Shown here: piece after piece, positions 7,058 to 14,412 of the stretch
How the letters are laid out: every line of letters begins with the position of its first letter
Numbering within the stretch: position 1 is the stretch's first letter
Assembly: GCA_001192655.1 (NCBI GenBank)
Contig: BBVC01000060.1
Location: forward strand, 1-16,937
Length of the DNA: 16,937 bases
Origin: Caedimonas varicaedens
GTDB lineage: Bacteria > Pseudomonadota > Alphaproteobacteria > Caedimonadales > Caedimonadaceae
Direction: 5' to 3'
Translations under genes and position numbers: made by a program
The notes under the pieces: generated by a model
The model's database searches: none
Told to the model about the DNA's origin: nothing
The model's input: only the letters and a program-made list of their open reading frames with translations

Positions 7058-7999
7058 TTAATTGTTCTCCGGACAGGCCTTGGTGCTATCCATAAACAGA
7101 TATGCTTCGTTGTAAGTCTTTTTTAAATAACTCCCCAGCAGGTTGACTATTTTCAAATTTTTAAGAGAAGTGGGATAAACGTAGCACATATCGATTTCAG
7201 GCCCTTCAACATGAGGCAAAATTCTTTTTAATTTGTATTTCTCAATGAGTGAAGAGTCGTTTGATAAGCCAATAATGCCAAGTTCCGATTGTGCCATTTG
7301 AGCTAAAAACTCTACCGAATTCGTGGTCATGACGGGATTTCTTCTGCGATCTGGCGTCGTTCCTAGTCCTAATATCCAATCAGCGTTGCCAGAGTTTGCG
7401 ATAATGCTATTTTTCTTATTAAAAATAATTAATTTATGGTTATCTAAATCTTCTACACTTTCAGGAATCCCTTTATTAGAAAGGTATTTTTCACTTGCAA
7501 ATAGTTGTAATTTTCTCTTATGAAGAAATAACTGCTCTAATTTTGTTATATTAATATCGTGCGGACGTATGGCAACATCTGCTTCTTTTTTTGTTAAATC
7601 AAGGTCTTGATCATCGCAAATAATGTGAAGGATAATATCAGGATAACGCTTTGAAAAATCACTTATATACTTGAAAAGTACCGTAGAGGCATAACCATAA
7701 GTTGTCGTAATCGTAAGTTCTCCTGAGACCTGATCGGCGGTTCCTGAAATTTCATTCGTGGCCAATTCAAGCTCGACCATCATATTGCACACGCGTTCAA
7801 AAAGTATCTCGCCCTGTTTGGTCAAAATAAGACCTCGAGGATTGCGGATAAACAGTTTTGATTTGGCCTGGTGTTCCAGTTGCTGGATACTGCGCGTGAC
7901 AGAAGGCTGAAACGTACGAAGGTGTTGGGCTGCTCGCGTAATGCTTTTTTCTTTGGCGACGTAATAAAAAACCTTGAGACGATCCCACTCCAAATCCAT
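7058..7999 (-). CDS. LysR-family transcriptional regulator
   Basis: N-terminal wHTH LKVFYYVAKEKSITRAAQHLRTFQPSVTRSIQQLE...LFIRNPRGLILTKQG plus a ~200-aa co-inducer-type C-terminal domain. AAGGAA Shine-Dalgarno upstream of the ATG. Confidence 0.9.
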   Translation of the reverse strand: MDLEWDRLKVFYYVAKEKSITRAAQHLRTFQPSVTRSIQQLEHQAKSKLFIRNPRGLILTKQGEILFERVCNMMVELELATNEISGTADQVSGELTITTTYGYASTVLFKYISDFSKRYPDIILHIICDDQDLDLTKKEADVAIRPHDINITKLEQLFLHKRKLQLFASEKYLSNKGIPESVEDLDNHKLIIFNKKNSIIANSGNADWILGLGTTPDRRRNPVMTTNSVEFLAQMAQSELGIIGLSNDSSLIEKYKLKRILPHVEGPEIDMCYVYPTSLKNLKIVNLLGSYLKKTYNEAYLFMDSTKACPENN

Positions 8000-8021
8000 T
8001 AATAAAATTCCTTTATATTAT

Positions 8022-8040
8022 GATGATTATGCAAATCATC
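8022..8040. promoter_or_regulatory. Perfect 7-bp inverted repeat GATGATT-atgca-AATCATC in the lysR / NDUFA12-like divergent region
   Basis: Read directly. It lies 23-41 bp upstream of the LysR ATG. It is a candidate autoregulatory operator, although the arms do not give a canonical T-N11-A. Confidence 0.25.
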
Positions 8041-8221
8041 TCAGAGACCTATCAGACTTTTATACTATTAGTCAAGTTTTTGAGGTGATTTATCTTATAG
8101 AGATTTAACATGATCCGGAGCCTATACTTTTTCTTGTGTTTCTTTTAAAAAGCAGTTTATCCTGAAACAATGAACTTTAAGGGAATTGGCGATTTCGATG
8201 GTTTATGCACGATACTGGAGC

Positions 8222-8560
8222 ATGGAAATATTTACCTTCTTCAAAGGAAGCCTGATAGGGAAGGACCACCAGGGAAACAGATATTACCAGGAACGCTTTC
8301 TTTTTAAAAAAGCAAAACGCAAGCAACGCCGGTGGGTTATGTATCGCGGAATCATGGAAGGCTCCCGCGTTCCTGCAGAATGGTTTGGATGGTTGCATCA
8401 CTCTCTTGACGTTCCCCTGGATTCCACGCTAAAAAGCTCTTGGCAAAAGCCTCATCAGTCGAATCAGACGGGAACATCGCTTGCGTATCGCCCCTCAATG
8501 CCAAGGGAAGGAACGCAGAAATCAGTTCCAGAAGGTTATGAGCCGTGGCGTCCATCTTAA
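8222..8560 (+). CDS. NADH:ubiquinone oxidoreductase subunit NDUFA12-like protein
   Basis: GSLIGKDHQGNRYYQE....RRWVMYRG..EGSRVPAEWFGWLHHSLDVP matches the NDUFA12/B17.2 family pattern (G.D..GN.YYE, RRWV.Y, VPP.WH.WLH). The ATG at 8222 is preferred over the upstream ORF extension from 8186. Confidence 0.85.
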   Translation: MEIFTFFKGSLIGKDHQGNRYYQERFLFKKAKRKQRRWVMYRGIMEGSRVPAEWFGWLHHSLDVPLDSTLKSSWQKPHQSNQTGTSLAYRPSMPREGTQKSVPEGYEPWRPS

Positions 8561-8570
8561 GGAAAATTAT

Positions 8571-9053
8571 ATGCGTAATAATGTGATTGAAACAGTTATG
8601 GGAGCGGTCGTCCTGATGATTGCCGGCTTTTTTTTAACATTTGCCTATACAAACAGTGGTTATCGAACGTCAAATGATAGCATAAGTTATCATGCAGTAT
8701 TTGATCGTGTTGATGGTTTGGTGGTGGGAAGCGATGTTCGGATGAGCGGTGTGAAAATTGGATCAATTCGCGAAATGTCTATTGATCCAAAAACATATCT
8801 TGCCAATGTTGTGTTAGCAGTTAATTCCCAAATTAAAATTCCGAAAGATTCATCTGCAGAGATTGTCAGTGATGGTATTATGGGTGGCAAGTATCTCGCG
8901 CTGGTTCCGGGAGGGGATGATGACATGCTAAAGGCGAATGCTCAGATTGAACACACTCAATCCTCTGTCAGTCTTGAAGCTATGATAGGTCAGTTAATTT
9001 TTAGCCCTAAAAACAAAGAAGCTGAAGGTGACAAAGAAAAATCTCATCCCTGA
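8571..9053 (+). CDS. mlaD: Outer-membrane lipid asymmetry maintenance protein MlaD (MCE domain)
   Basis: N-terminal TM anchor ETVMGAVVLMIAGFFL, then an MCE-domain pattern: Y.AVFDRVDGLVVGSDVRMSGVKIGSI...A.V.L.V...IKIPKDSSAEIVSDGIMGGKYLALVPGG. ATG at 8571 with AAGGA upstream. Confidence 0.85.
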   Translation: MRNNVIETVMGAVVLMIAGFFLTFAYTNSGYRTSNDSISYHAVFDRVDGLVVGSDVRMSGVKIGSIREMSIDPKTYLANVVLAVNSQIKIPKDSSAEIVSDGIMGGKYLALVPGGDDDMLKANAQIEHTQSSVSLEAMIGQLIFSPKNKEAEGDKEKSHP

Positions 9054-9612
9054 TCTGTGGTTGGTTATAGCGATAGGCCTAATATGGGGTAAAACTGGGG
9101 GATCCAGTGATATCAGAAAGCATGACAGCTTTGAAGAAAAAGCGATCGAAGAAATTTCTTCTGTGAGCCAGGGAGTGCGTACGAATCGGGTTCTTTTGCG
9201 TGGGCTTGATAAAATTACCGCACGTGTCTCTGATTTGGAAGTGACGTTGGGAAAGGCAGTTAATTTTGGTAATCTGGAGATCACTGCCCGATTTTGTCAG
9301 AAATCTGCTCCTGAGGATCCGCCTGAATCTGTGGCATTTTTGGAAATTACAGAGCATAAACCAGGAGAAACTCCTGTCCCTGTTTTTGCAGGGTGGATGT
9401 TTTCTTCTTCTCCAACTATCTCAGCGATGGAACATCCTGTTTATGATATCTGGGTCAAGGAATGCAGAGGAGAACCTCTGAGAGAATCGTCGTCAACAAT
9501 AGTTCCTCCCCTGAGCCCTTCTCTCTCTGCTTCTCCTCTTCTTGCTCCATCATCATCTTCCCCAAGCTCTTTAGACGTTTTTAAACGGGGGTTTAAAGCA
9601 CAGCCACAATAA
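9028..9612 (+). CDS. DUF2155 domain protein with Ser/Pro-rich C-terminal extension
   Basis: LRGLDKITARVSDLEV..G..V.FGNLEITARFC.KSAPEDPPESVAFLEI......FAGWMFSSSPTISAMEHPVYDIWVKEC is the DUF2155 pattern. GTG start overlaps the mlaD end by 26 nt. The tail is SSSTIVPPLSPSLSASPLLAPSSSSPSS. Confidence 0.8.
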   Translation: MTKKNLIPDLWLVIAIGLIWGKTGGSSDIRKHDSFEEKAIEEISSVSQGVRTNRVLLRGLDKITARVSDLEVTLGKAVNFGNLEITARFCQKSAPEDPPESVAFLEITEHKPGETPVPVFAGWMFSSSPTISAMEHPVYDIWVKECRGEPLRESSSTIVPPLSPSLSASPLLAPSSSSPSSLDVFKRGFKAQPQ

Positions 9613-9622
9613 TCATTTTGGT

Positions 9623-9659
9623 GAAGAGCTTTTTATCAAGCTTTTCGTAACCTTTTTTT
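9623..9659 (+). terminator. Candidate rho-independent terminator after the DUF2155 gene
   Basis: GAAGAGCTT-tttatc-AAGCTTTTC is a 9-bp stem with one G.U pair. A T7 run follows after a 6-nt spacer. The stem is weak and AU-rich. Confidence 0.3.
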
Positions 9660-9760
9660 ATTAACCTGGGTTGTGATCTCTCAAAATAATAATATATTGT
9701 TTTTGCACTATTTTTATATTACCAAATATATAGATTGTTTTAACAAAGAGGAGAATAAGT

Positions 9761-10228
9761 ATGCGTAGAATTCAAATTCTGGTACTTATCGGTTTTATAG
9801 GATTGGCAGGAATTTCTTATACTTATGCAAGTTTTAATGATGACGAGAAAGAAACTTATACGTCTCTTTCAAGCCAATCATATTACGCAACATCAACACA
9901 AATTCTGGACTATCTTGAAGATTTAAATCTGGGAGAAGAAGCGTTGGGCTATGGTAAAAGAGGAATTCTTATCATGTTTGATGAACGTTTTCCCAAGCCG
10001 ATGCATTCAGTTGAAATCGTTAACAATGGGTGGAAGTGCCTTTTTGAACGACTTCGAAGAGCGCCTTCTACACCGGAGCAAATTGGAGAATTTAATAAAA
10101 CTTTTAAATTGCATCGAAAACGTATAAAAGAGCTTGATCCTCAATTTGGTGAGGGTATTCTCGAGATGTTTTGTGAAAAGTGCAAGGTGCAAGCCTATCA
10201 TGAAAACGGGTTGAAGACAGAAGATTAG
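9761..10228 (+). CDS. Hypothetical exported protein (155 aa)
   Basis: GAGGAGA Shine-Dalgarno upstream of the ATG. Signal-like MRRIQILVLIGFIGLAGISYTYA. No family recognised. Confidence 0.55.
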   Translation: MRRIQILVLIGFIGLAGISYTYASFNDDEKETYTSLSSQSYYATSTQILDYLEDLNLGEEALGYGKRGILIMFDERFPKPMHSVEIVNNGWKCLFERLRRAPSTPEQIGEFNKTFKLHRKRIKELDPQFGEGILEMFCEKCKVQAYHENGLKTED

Positions 10229-10262
10229 CAAAGCCATTTCAGATCATTTATAGGTATGTTAT

Positions 10263-10298
10263 CCTTAAAGAACATGTACATTTAAGGGTAGGGGGGGG
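10263..10298 (+). promoter_or_regulatory. Inverted repeat CCTTAAA-N11-TTTAAGG followed by a G8 homopolymer 7 nt upstream of the dps ATG
   Basis: Read directly. IR arms are at 10263-10269 and 10281-10287, and the G8 run is at 10291-10298. The G-run probably doubles as the ribosome-binding site. Confidence 0.25.
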
Positions 10299-10305
10299 CT
10301 GTTAG

Positions 10306-10779
10306 ATGCTTGAATTTGGTATTCCACAAAATCGACGGGAACAGGCGCGCGTTCTTCTTTTTAAAATATTATCAGATTGTTACATTTTGATGGTCAAAAC
10401 TCAAAATTATCACTGGAATGTCCGAGGCTCTCATTTTCATAGCTATCATCAAATGTTAGGGATGCAATACGATGATTTGGCAGAAGCCATTGATATGTTG
10501 GCTGAGCGTATTCGGACTCTGGGGTTTCATGTGTCGGCTAATTATAAAAACTTTGTAACGCAGGCGACTCTGGAAGAAGAGGTGGGTGAACCTGATACGG
10601 AAGAGATGTTAAAAAAGCTGACAGATGATCATGAATATTTGATACGCGAAATACGTGAAGCTATCGGAAAATTGAAAGAAACAGAAGATGAGGGGACAAC
10701 GGATCTTCTTGTTGAACGCCTTCGAGCACACGAAAAAACAGCATGGTTTTTAAGAAATCATCTGAGCGATTATGCCTGA
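10306..10779 (+). CDS. dps: Dps-family DNA protection / ferritin-like protein
   Basis: LSDCYILMVKTQNYHWNVRGSHFHSYHQMLGMQYDDLAEAIDMLAERIRTLG contains the Dps ferroxidase-site pattern (HWNV.G..F...H......D..AER). 157 aa. Confidence 0.9.
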   Translation: MLEFGIPQNRREQARVLLFKILSDCYILMVKTQNYHWNVRGSHFHSYHQMLGMQYDDLAEAIDMLAERIRTLGFHVSANYKNFVTQATLEEEVGEPDTEEMLKKLTDDHEYLIREIREAIGKLKETEDEGTTDLLVERLRAHEKTAWFLRNHLSDYA

Positions 10780-11404
10780 TTTTTCTTTTGAACAGGCACA
10801 TTCCGGGTACGTTGTAGGATTTGATGAAGCCGGTTGTGGGCCGTGGGCGGGGCCTGTGGTTGCCGCTGCGGCTATATTGGTAAAAGAAAAATTTCCACCA
10901 GAACTTGCCTGCCAAATTAATGATTCAAAAAAGTTAACGGCGATCAAGCGTGAAAAGATTTTTTCTCATTTGAATATATTAGAAGGAGAGTCCTGTTTTT
11001 TATCTGTTGGTATGTGCTCGGTCGAAGAAATTGATGCCTTAAATATCCGAGAGGCGGCAATTCGCGCTATGGAACGCGCTTCCCGGGCTTTGAAACTTCC
11101 TTTGTCCATAACGCCTTCTTTGGGGCTTGCAGATGGAACAGTCAAGCCCAAACTTCCGTATCCCGTGCGTTCCCTGGTGAAAGGGGACAGTCTAAGCCTT
11201 TCAATCGCGGCGGCTTCTATTGTGGCTAAAGTGACGCGTGACCAAATAATGAAAAAACTCTCCGTTCTTCATCCTGAATATGGATGGGAGCGTAACGCGG
11301 GCTATGGAACAGCATACCATCAGTCAGCCTTAATGCGCTATGGCGTTACACCTCATCATCGAAAAACCTTTGCCCCTATTGCGCGTCTGTTGGGTTCGCA
11401 ATAG
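10772..11404 (+). CDS. rnhB: Ribonuclease HII
   Basis: GFDEAGCGPWAGPVVAAAAIL, NDSKKL, ADG, KGDSLSLSIAAASIVAKVTRD, HPEYGWERNAGYGTAYH and GVTPHHRKTFAPI are the canonical RNase HII blocks. The ATG overlaps the dps stop (ATGCCTGA), suggesting translational coupling. Confidence 0.93.
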   Translation: MPDFSFEQAHSGYVVGFDEAGCGPWAGPVVAAAAILVKEKFPPELACQINDSKKLTAIKREKIFSHLNILEGESCFLSVGMCSVEEIDALNIREAAIRAMERASRALKLPLSITPSLGLADGTVKPKLPYPVRSLVKGDSLSLSIAAASIVAKVTRDQIMKKLSVLHPEYGWERNAGYGTAYHQSALMRYGVTPHHRKTFAPIARLLGSQ

Positions 11405-11495
11405 AGATCAAATGACAGGACGTAGAAGCGCATAACTCATTGAACTTCAATGTAATGATTGCTATCCTTCAGTAAAATAAGTTTATTTATGGATT

Positions 11496-12230
11496 ATGAT
11501 GTCCCATAGTGATTATATAATTTACGTTGATGAGAGTGGTGATCACAACCTTGAATCAATTGATCAAAATTTCCCTGTTTTTGTTTTGGCCTTTTGTATC
11601 TTTAATAAACAAGAATATATAGACGTAGCAGTTCCGTCTTTGAAACAACATAAGTTCAATGTCTTTGGGCATGACGCGGTTGTTTTGCATGAACGTGAAA
11701 TAAGAAAACAAGAAGGAGCGTTTTCTTCTCTCTTGATTAATAGAGTGGCACAAGATGAGTATTGTGAGCAACTCAATGATCTCATGTTAAAGACTCCCAT
11801 GAAGATTATTGCGGCGGTTATTGATAAGCATAAGCTTAAAAATAAATATATTTCTCCTGACAACCCCTATCATCTGGCTTTAGGTTTTTGCCTTGAGCGT
11901 GCTTCATATTTTCTGAGGGGGCGTGAACAGCAGGATAAATTAACTCATGTTATTGTAGAGCGCAGAGGTAAAAAAGAAGATAAAGAGCTCGAGCTGGAAT
12001 TTTATCGTATTACCACTCCGGATGAAAAACAATATAGCGGATTAAACTATAATTTAGGCGGAACGCCTTTTAAGATACATTTTATTTCAAAAGAAGCAAA
12101 TATGGCTGGAATACAACTTGCAGATTTGATTGCAAGACCGATAGGACGTTGGAGAATGAACCCTGCACAACCCAATAGGGCAATGAGTATCATCCGAGGT
12201 AAAGGCTTTGATGTAAAAACTTTTCCTTAA
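11496..12230 (+). CDS. DUF3800 domain-containing protein
   Basis: N-terminal YIIYVDESGDH and C-terminal GIQLADLIARPIG are the two conserved DUF3800 motifs as I recall them. 244 aa. Weak RBS. Confidence 0.75.
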   Translation: MMSHSDYIIYVDESGDHNLESIDQNFPVFVLAFCIFNKQEYIDVAVPSLKQHKFNVFGHDAVVLHEREIRKQEGAFSSLLINRVAQDEYCEQLNDLMLKTPMKIIAAVIDKHKLKNKYISPDNPYHLALGFCLERASYFLRGREQQDKLTHVIVERRGKKEDKELELEFYRITTPDEKQYSGLNYNLGGTPFKIHFISKEANMAGIQLADLIARPIGRWRMNPAQPNRAMSIIRGKGFDVKTFP

Positions 12231-12257
12231 AAGCGAAAAGCCCCGGAAAACCGAGGC
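12229..12257 (-). terminator. Candidate rho-independent terminator (minus strand), possibly shared by the convergent genes
   Basis: Minus strand reads GCCTCGG-tttt-CCGGGGC (7-bp GC-rich stem, one mismatch) followed by TTTTCGCTTTT. It lies ~130 nt downstream of the 12390 stop and abuts the DUF3800 stop codon. Confidence 0.35.
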
Positions 12258-12389
12258 TATAACGCCGACCGAGAACCCCCAATCCACTTATCACTATACT
12301 ATCGACTATATGGTTAATTTGCAATATTTTATTTAAATATATATTATTTGAATGCTAGAAACGGTTTTTTATTTGAGACTAAACTTTTT

Positions 12390-13565
12390 TTACGGCTTAT
12401 TCTCTGCCTTTTCAGAAACTTTTTTTCGCGCTATTTGTATACAGGAAGGAACTTTTCCATATCCATAGCCAATTCTGAAATTAAGGGGCTGAATGGATGA
12501 GTCAGTGGCGTACATACAGGCTAGGTCAGGTTGACCATAAGCCTGGAAACTTTCTCCGTAAGGTTTGGTATAAGTGCCGTAAAGAGCGACATCCCAATGC
12601 TCTTTCAGATAGTTATAAGGGATACCTGAATCATCTTGCAAGACGAGTTCACCGCACTTCCTGACTAAATCCACGAGATGGGAAAAACCAACCTGGTGGG
12701 GCGTATAGGAAGACGATTTGAACATAACGGCGAAGGGACCTCTAGCCTCTATAAATTGCGCAAAAGGTGTAATGGCGCTGTTATGAAGGTTTTGTCGGAA
12801 ATAATAAAGCTTTTGTATCTTTTCACTTCCCGGTTTGCGAAAAGCGATTTCCACACCCTGCTTTGTGGAGGAATCAGAATTTTCAATTATTTTTCCTTCT
12901 GGCGTATAAGATACAAATTTGATATCCAGAACGTCATATCCAAGACGAGCTATAAGAGCGAGCATCGTTGGTAGAACGCCACGCTCGTAAAAGTCTCGTG
13001 ACATGTCTTTTGTGATAAAGAAACTACGCTGGAAAAGAGAATCCATGCCTTGCTCAAGTTGAGTAATAATACGATTCGTCACTTCTTCTTTTTTGAGATT
13101 TTCCAGAGTAACGATGTTTCCTATACGCTCAAGTCCTACAAGAATATATTCAGGGCTATCGGGGAAGAAAGTTAAAACGTTAAAAACGTCAGGTCCTCCC
13201 ATTGGGTAAAAAACCGGCAGTGTTATTTTTCCAAGAGCGGCTTCTCGCCATTGGATCATCGGTGTTATTCTTGCTTTTTCAACCATTGTCCATCTGAGAT
13301 TAAAAGTTGAGCGATAGTTTTGCCAGCGAGAGAATTTTTCGAAGTCTGCGCAGACTCCTTCCTGCGGGAATCCTGCCAGGAACCGCGCGACGGCAAGTGC
13401 AGAATTATCCTGTTTTGATTCAGGAGCGGGTGGTTGCTGAAGAGAGGAAGGAGCTTCAAGGATTGGGGATCCCTGGGCAATCTTCTCGTCTGTGGCTTTA
13501 AGGTATTGAGGAATGATTAAAGAGTTCAGCCCTGTCATAAAGGCAATAAAAATAACAAATCTCAT
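12390..13565 (-). CDS. Hypothetical exported protein (391 aa)
   Basis: Long ORF with an ATG start and a signal-like MRFVIFIAFMTGLNSLIIPQYLKA. A Pro/Gln-rich linker is followed by a globular body (..LPVFYPMGGPDVFNVLTFFPDSPEYILVGLE..). No family recognised. Confidence 0.7.
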   Translation of the reverse strand: MRFVIFIAFMTGLNSLIIPQYLKATDEKIAQGSPILEAPSSLQQPPAPESKQDNSALAVARFLAGFPQEGVCADFEKFSRWQNYRSTFNLRWTMVEKARITPMIQWREAALGKITLPVFYPMGGPDVFNVLTFFPDSPEYILVGLERIGNIVTLENLKKEEVTNRIITQLEQGMDSLFQRSFFITKDMSRDFYERGVLPTMLALIARLGYDVLDIKFVSYTPEGKIIENSDSSTKQGVEIAFRKPGSEKIQKLYYFRQNLHNSAITPFAQFIEARGPFAVMFKSSSYTPHQVGFSHLVDLVRKCGELVLQDDSGIPYNYLKEHWDVALYGTYTKPYGESFQAYGQPDLACMYATDSSIQPLNFRIGYGYGKVPSCIQIARKKVSEKAENKP

Positions 13566-14412
13566 TGTGAATCGTCTCTAAAATATTATATTTAAAACAC
13601 CATTGATTGCTTCTTTTACTCTGTCGTCTGGAATCCGTCAAATTGAAATATATGGAGGGCTTGGTTTGCAGGTACTTGCGCTTTTGAGTTGTTGTAGGGA
13701 TTCCGAATGCGATTCGAGATACAATCCTTGTACGTTTTCAGAGGAAAGAATCTTGAGTTTCAAGCGATTTTTGTGGATGTTATTCGTGTATGCCATGAGC
13801 AAGAGCGATAAAGTTGGTAAAACGAAAATGGGAAAGAGCAGAAAAATCATAGCGATTGAAAATAAAGTTCAAAACTTCTTGCCACCATTGTAATCTCAGC
13901 TCAGCTCTTGAGATTTCCGCTTGCGTACTCACATCCTCAAGTTTTTAGCAGCTACCTCTATTTGTTCTCGGGTTTTACGTTAATATTATAACATATTGGC
14001 AGTTTGATTAAAGTAATACAGGATGTTCAGCACATACCAAAGGTTCATGAATTGATTTTGGAATCATTGTAGAGTTATTTTTTCAATTTACATCCAGTTC
14101 AAGCCAGTTCTCAAAGAGTTTATACTCAAACGATCGCAGAACAGAAGGCGAAAGTAAGCGCACAGAAAAAACAACTCCGTGGAAAACAATTTTCTAAAAA
14201 GCAAGAGATTAAAAGGAGATAAATCAGAAAATATTTTTTTCTTTTGATACGATATCAAATCAAAAACAAATGTCCGAATCCTGTTCTCTCTTGCTACATA
14301 AATCAGAAAACTCAATTGGTCTTACCTCTTTATAATGTTGAATCGATAAAGAGTTGTTCTCTTGTCTAAAGTTGCGTATATTTTGCCATAATGTTTATAT
14401 TGAGTTTTGGCA

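Noticed and set aside
12231-12300. GC-rich patch after the DUF3800 gene, considered as a tRNA fragment or att site.
   Set aside because: There is no T-loop (GTTCGAATC-like) or acceptor-stem pattern. The best explanation for part of it is the minus-strand terminator hairpin.
14120-14222. Plus-strand frame reading TIAEQKAKVSAQKKQLRGKQFSKKQEIKRR*, reminiscent of the AQKAKA tail.
   Set aside because: It is only ~30 codons with no start codon, is preceded by a stop, and Lys/Ala/Gln-rich strings arise easily in A-rich DNA. It is mentioned only as a possible relic.
13603-14315. ORFs 13603..13893 (+), 13638..13850 (-) and 14088..14315 (-) in the long gap.
   Set aside because: They have no RBS, low-complexity or odd composition, mutually overlapping frames and no recognisable motif. 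They are treated as non-coding or relic DNA.
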